Positions 34,257 through 37,434 of a DNA stretch of 37,434 nt are shown piece by piece. The notes under the pieces were generated by a model. The model searched no databases and was not told the DNA's origin. It saw only the letters and a list, made by a program, of their open reading frames with translations. This stretch comes from a virus (Duplodnaviria > Caudoviricetes), in IMG/VR virus record IMGVR_UViG_3300020044_006862, positions 1 to 37,434 of that record; one strand, given 5' to 3'. The translations under genes and the position numbers were made by a program. How positions within the stretch are numbered: the first letter of the stretch is position 1; every line of letters starts with the position of its first letter.

Positions 34257-34954
34257 AGCGATTCACCGAGACCCAGAAATGGGAAGATCCTTGGTTTAGA
34301 CGCCTATCACCAGAGCTAAAATTGCTCTGGCAATGGCTGCTAGACAAGTGTGATGGGGCAGGAATTATTGAGCCAGACATCGAGCTAGCGTCGTTTCAAA
34401 TCGGATTTGATTACGGCGATGAAGTCTTGTCGCAGTTTAACGATAGAGTAACGAAATTGGAGTGCGGCAAATACTTCATTCCGAAGTTCATTCACTATCA
34501 ATACGGGACGCTTTCGAGGGATTGCAAAGCTCACAACCCTGTTTTTTTTAGCTTGGAAAAGCATGGTTTGAAAGGGTATCCAAAGGGTATCCATACCCCC
34601 CAAGAAAAGGAAAAGGATAAGGATAAGGAATCGGAACAAGAAACGGAAAAGGAAAAAGAGCCCAAAAAACCAAAATCAGAATGGAAGCCCACCGCTGAGC
34701 AGATGGTGATTAACGGATGGTTTGCGCGAAGAGATACAACACCTTGGAGCGAAAAAGAACTCAAGGCATACAACGCCATTCCGCACCAGACCATTCTCGA
34801 TGGCATCAAGGACATGAACGCCTATTACCTCTCCGATCACAAAACACTCAGGCAAGATGTTTGCACTTTGCTTAACAATTGGGTGGGAGAAATGGATAGG
34901 GCCTTTAAATGGGAAAGTGAGAAATCAAAGCCAGTTAAGATTAATTTGAAATGA
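34253..34954 (+). CDS. Replication initiator / replisome organiser
   Basis: 'KWEDPWFRRLSPELKLLWQWLLDKCDGAG' N-terminal domain, KE-rich linker, directly upstream of DnaB. Confidence 0.7.
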   Translation: MKRFTETQKWEDPWFRRLSPELKLLWQWLLDKCDGAGIIEPDIELASFQIGFDYGDEVLSQFNDRVTKLECGKYFIPKFIHYQYGTLSRDCKAHNPVFFSLEKHGLKGYPKGIHTPQEKEKDKDKESEQETEKEKEPKKPKSEWKPTAEQMVINGWFARRDTTPWSEKELKAYNAIPHQTILDGIKDMNAYYLSDHKTLRQDVCTLLNNWVGEMDRAFKWESEKSKPVKINLK

Positions 34955-36252
34955 ACTCCGAACACACCCTGCTTTCCATCATCGCTCAAGATCCCGAGTG
35001 GACGCGCAAGCACGCATCTCAGCTCTCGCCTGTGCTTTTCGCAGAGCAAGCCAACCGGCTAATCTTCGAAGCCATCACCGAATGCGGTGACCAATACGAC
35101 ATGACGACGATCACCAACGTCTTGCGTCGCCGAGGTAAGCTCGATGCTGTCGGCGGTCCTGCTGGCGTCTCTGAGCTTTGGTCAAGCTTTCCCGTCATGT
35201 CGATGGCGCCGTATCATCTCACCACCGTCCGAGACGCTACGACCCTGCGGCGAGCCCTGCAATGCCATCAGGCGGCTTCGGAGCGGCTGAACCTTGCTCT
35301 GACCGTCGGCACCAACGACGCCGCTGCATTGCTTGCTGAGATCCGCGAAGAGCTAGACTCCGCCGGCAAACTGCCAGGAAAGCGTTTAGAGCGGCTTTCA
35401 TCCGCTCAGGCTATGGAGATAGCTCTGGACACCATTGAAGCGCGTGCAGCGCGTCCAGGAGAGATTCCAGGGCTTACCACAGGATTCCCGCTTTTGGACT
35501 CGCTGACCTATGGCCTTCAGCCTGGGCATTTGTGGGTAATTGCCGGCGGTCCGAGCGATGGCAAGTCAACGGTGATGCAAAACATTCTGGAGGGCGCGGT
35601 GATGACCGGAGCTAAGGCCGCGGTGTATCAGCTCGAGATGCCGATTGAGGAGCAGGCTTTGCGCTTTCTTGCGTCTGATAGCGGCGTCAATAGCAAGAGC
35701 TTGCTTACAGGCATGATGACGCACGAAGAAAAGCAGGCGCTGGCTGCATCGTTTAAGCGCCTGCAAAAGGTGGGCGTCGATTACGTGAATGTCGATGGCG
35801 CAATGGCTGACGACATCATCAACGACATCGAGCAGGGGGATTATCGCGTTGTGATGGTTGATTATTTGCAACTGCTGGACGTGGCCGTGGCCAAGGGCAG
35901 CAACCGGGAGCAGGCTGTTTCGGACGTTGCGCGGAAGCTGAAGAATCTAGCCAAGCGAAAGGCAGTCACCATTCTAACCGGTTCACAGCTTAACGATGAT
36001 GGGCAACTTCGCGAGTCTCGCGCTATCGGTCAACACGCCGACAAGGTGTTGTATGTGAGCAAGATAGAAGTCGAAGGCGTGGTTGATGAATCCAGGCGCT
36101 CACTCGACATCAAGAAAAACCGAGGAGGGCCGAGGGGCGGACGCATCCAGCTAAGGTTTGCCGGGGCGTCATTTAGGTTTAGCGAAATTGGCCCAGATGA
36201 CGCCGAGCCTGACTGGACCGAGACAATGCCGGCTAAGCGGCGCAAAAAATAA
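34951..36252 (+). CDS. dnaB: Replicative DNA helicase, DnaB family
   Basis: 'TTGFPLLD', 'GGPSDGKS', 'LEMP', 'VDYLQL', 'SQLN', 'LRESRAIGQHAD', 'KNRGG'. Confidence 0.95.
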   Translation: MNSEHTLLSIIAQDPEWTRKHASQLSPVLFAEQANRLIFEAITECGDQYDMTTITNVLRRRGKLDAVGGPAGVSELWSSFPVMSMAPYHLTTVRDATTLRRALQCHQAASERLNLALTVGTNDAAALLAEIREELDSAGKLPGKRLERLSSAQAMEIALDTIEARAARPGEIPGLTTGFPLLDSLTYGLQPGHLWVIAGGPSDGKSTVMQNILEGAVMTGAKAAVYQLEMPIEEQALRFLASDSGVNSKSLLTGMMTHEEKQALAASFKRLQKVGVDYVNVDGAMADDIINDIEQGDYRVVMVDYLQLLDVAVAKGSNREQAVSDVARKLKNLAKRKAVTILTGSQLNDDGQLRESRAIGQHADKVLYVSKIEVEGVVDESRRSLDIKKNRGGPRGGRIQLRFAGASFRFSEIGPDDAEPDWTETMPAKRRKK

Positions 36253-36255
36253 CCT

Positions 36256-36294
36256 TTGCCAAATTGCTCAAATGTCCATAAACTCCCGCCAATG
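36256..36294 (+). promoter_or_regulatory. Sigma70-like promoter giving a probable leaderless mRNA
   Basis: TTGCCA-N17-TAAACT-N7-ATG. Confidence 0.6.
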
Positions 36295-36711
36295 GACGAT
36301 CTGCACCTGCGTGAATGCCAAAGCCTGACTGAGCGGGCGAGGGGCAAATTGCACCCTGACGAGTTTAGGGCTGTTGTCACACTTGCTCGTTTGCAGATCC
36401 AAGAGCGGCTTGAGGAGACACAGCACAAGACTCACGAATGGCTTACTGAGATCATCCTTTGGCTGACTCAGCCCTATGCGCCGCCAAAAAAGTGGGGCCT
36501 GATTTACGCGCTTGACCTGCCCTTGCATGATGAGCGCAACGTGGCCGAGACAGCTCGACTGGTCGGGTGCACAAGAGCCGCCATATCGGTCCAGATGCAG
36601 GACTTCGCCAAGACCTTTAAGCTCCAGCCTAGCCGTTGGATGCGGGATGATGAAGCTGTGCAGAATAGCCGGCAAGCCAGAAACGATTACTGTGAGGAGG
36701 TTGAATCGTGA
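36292..36711 (+). CDS. HTH regulator (sigma region-4-like), candidate late activator
   Basis: 'RNVAETARLVGCTRAAISVQMQDF' HTH; located after the replication genes, as late regulators often are. Confidence 0.55.
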   Translation: MDDLHLRECQSLTERARGKLHPDEFRAVVTLARLQIQERLEETQHKTHEWLTEIILWLTQPYAPPKKWGLIYALDLPLHDERNVAETARLVGCTRAAISVQMQDFAKTFKLQPSRWMRDDEAVQNSRQARNDYCEEVES

Positions 36712-36854
36712 AATACCTGATCGCTTTTTTTGCAGGGCTTGCATTGGCTATCTGGGTCAATCAAGCGAAGGAAAACGCAGACAAATACAATCAGGCTAAC
36801 CGAACGCAGATTAGCACATGGCAGGCCATGTTTCTTAACTACACCACACGATGA
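36708..36854 (+). CDS. 48-aa signal-anchored peptide, not in the ORF track (MKYLIAFFAGLALAIWVNQ...)
   Basis: GGAGG SD, GTGA and ATGA overlaps. Confidence 0.55.
   Translation: MKYLIAFFAGLALAIWVNQAKENADKYNQANRTQISTWQAMFLNYTTR
36722..36793. repeat. 72-bp perfect inverted repeat with 37363-37434 (window end)
   Basis: The reverse complement of the last 72 nt is identical to 36722-36793. Confidence 0.92.
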
Positions 36855-37399
36855 GCACGACACTAACCGAATATGACGCAAGGGAGGCCAGGGCCATTGA
36901 GCTTATACCGCAGGTTGAAAGCGCACTTGCTGCTGTTGATGGGCAGGTGGTCTATGCTGTGCAGCTAGGGGCAGAGCTAGGGCAGCACATCGAAGAGCTA
37001 GCCAAGAGGCACAAAGGAGAGGAGGGCACATGGCTTGCGTCACTTTGCAGTAATACCAGGATCACTGACTTTGCTATGCGCGCGGCTAAAGTGATGCGGC
37101 GCAACCCATCGCTGGATGATCCAAGCCAGCTTACCTTTGCGCTGCTTGATAGTCCAGAGGCTAGCAGCGGTGAGAGGCCGAGCAGGGCTGACGGGACTGA
37201 TACCACGGCGCTGCTTGGGTATAGCCAGAAGCTCAGGCTGTTGTTTGCTAAGTGGGGCGAGGATAAGGTGGACACGTGGCCGAGGCATAGGCGTGATGCC
37301 TTTGTGCGTGCGGTAAGTCCTTTGGCTGACCTGTTGGCTAGGGTGCAGGAGGTTAATTCGCATGATTGTATTTGTCTGCGTTTTCCTTCGCTTGATTGA
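36851..37399 (+). CDS. Hypothetical protein; C-terminus may be chimeric
   Basis: 182-aa helical ORF whose last ~12 codons lie in the terminal inverted repeat. Confidence 0.6.
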   Translation: MSTTLTEYDAREARAIELIPQVESALAAVDGQVVYAVQLGAELGQHIEELAKRHKGEEGTWLASLCSNTRITDFAMRAAKVMRRNPSLDDPSQLTFALLDSPEASSGERPSRADGTDTTALLGYSQKLRLLFAKWGEDKVDTWPRHRRDAFVRAVSPLADLLARVQEVNSHDCICLRFPSLD

Positions 37400-37434
37400 C
37401 CCAGATAGCCAATGCAAGCCCTGCAAAAAAAGCG

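Noticed and set aside
1-37434. Stop-codon reassignment, tRNA genes, integrase/att site
   Set aside because: Genes tile densely under the standard code using all three stops; no cloverleaf or recombinase motifs noticed by eye (tRNAscan not run)

Overview
Near-complete genome of an uncharacterised tailed dsDNA phage with lambda-type packaging and a non-contractile (siphovirus-like) tail. The + strand late region runs: Mom-like DNA modifier, terS, HNH, terL (GpA), head completion, portal, ClpP-type protease/scaffold, major capsid, a glycosyltransferase/methyltransferase cassette, head-tail and tail genes with a -1 frameshift chaperone, tape measure, tail tip, a 1068-aa fibre and a lysis module with an M15 endolysin. 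A - strand helicase + DNA methyltransferase pair follows. The + strand early/replication region then encodes a RecT-like annealase, a PD-(D/E)XK nuclease, VRR-NUC, an SSB-like protein, an HNH, a replication initiator, DnaB and an HTH regulator. I found no integrase, tRNA or CRISPR array, and the host cannot be assigned from sequence alone. The main candidates for new biology are: (1) a virion-glycosylation-like cassette (three GT-A domains, TPR, O-methyltransferase) directly after the capsid gene; (2) a recurring TTGAC-N14-16-start motif before late genes, which also predicts a nested scaffold start, plus a sigma-region-4-like candidate activator; (3) a structured attenuator-like leader before the replication operon. 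All product calls come from motif recognition and gene order, not database searches.
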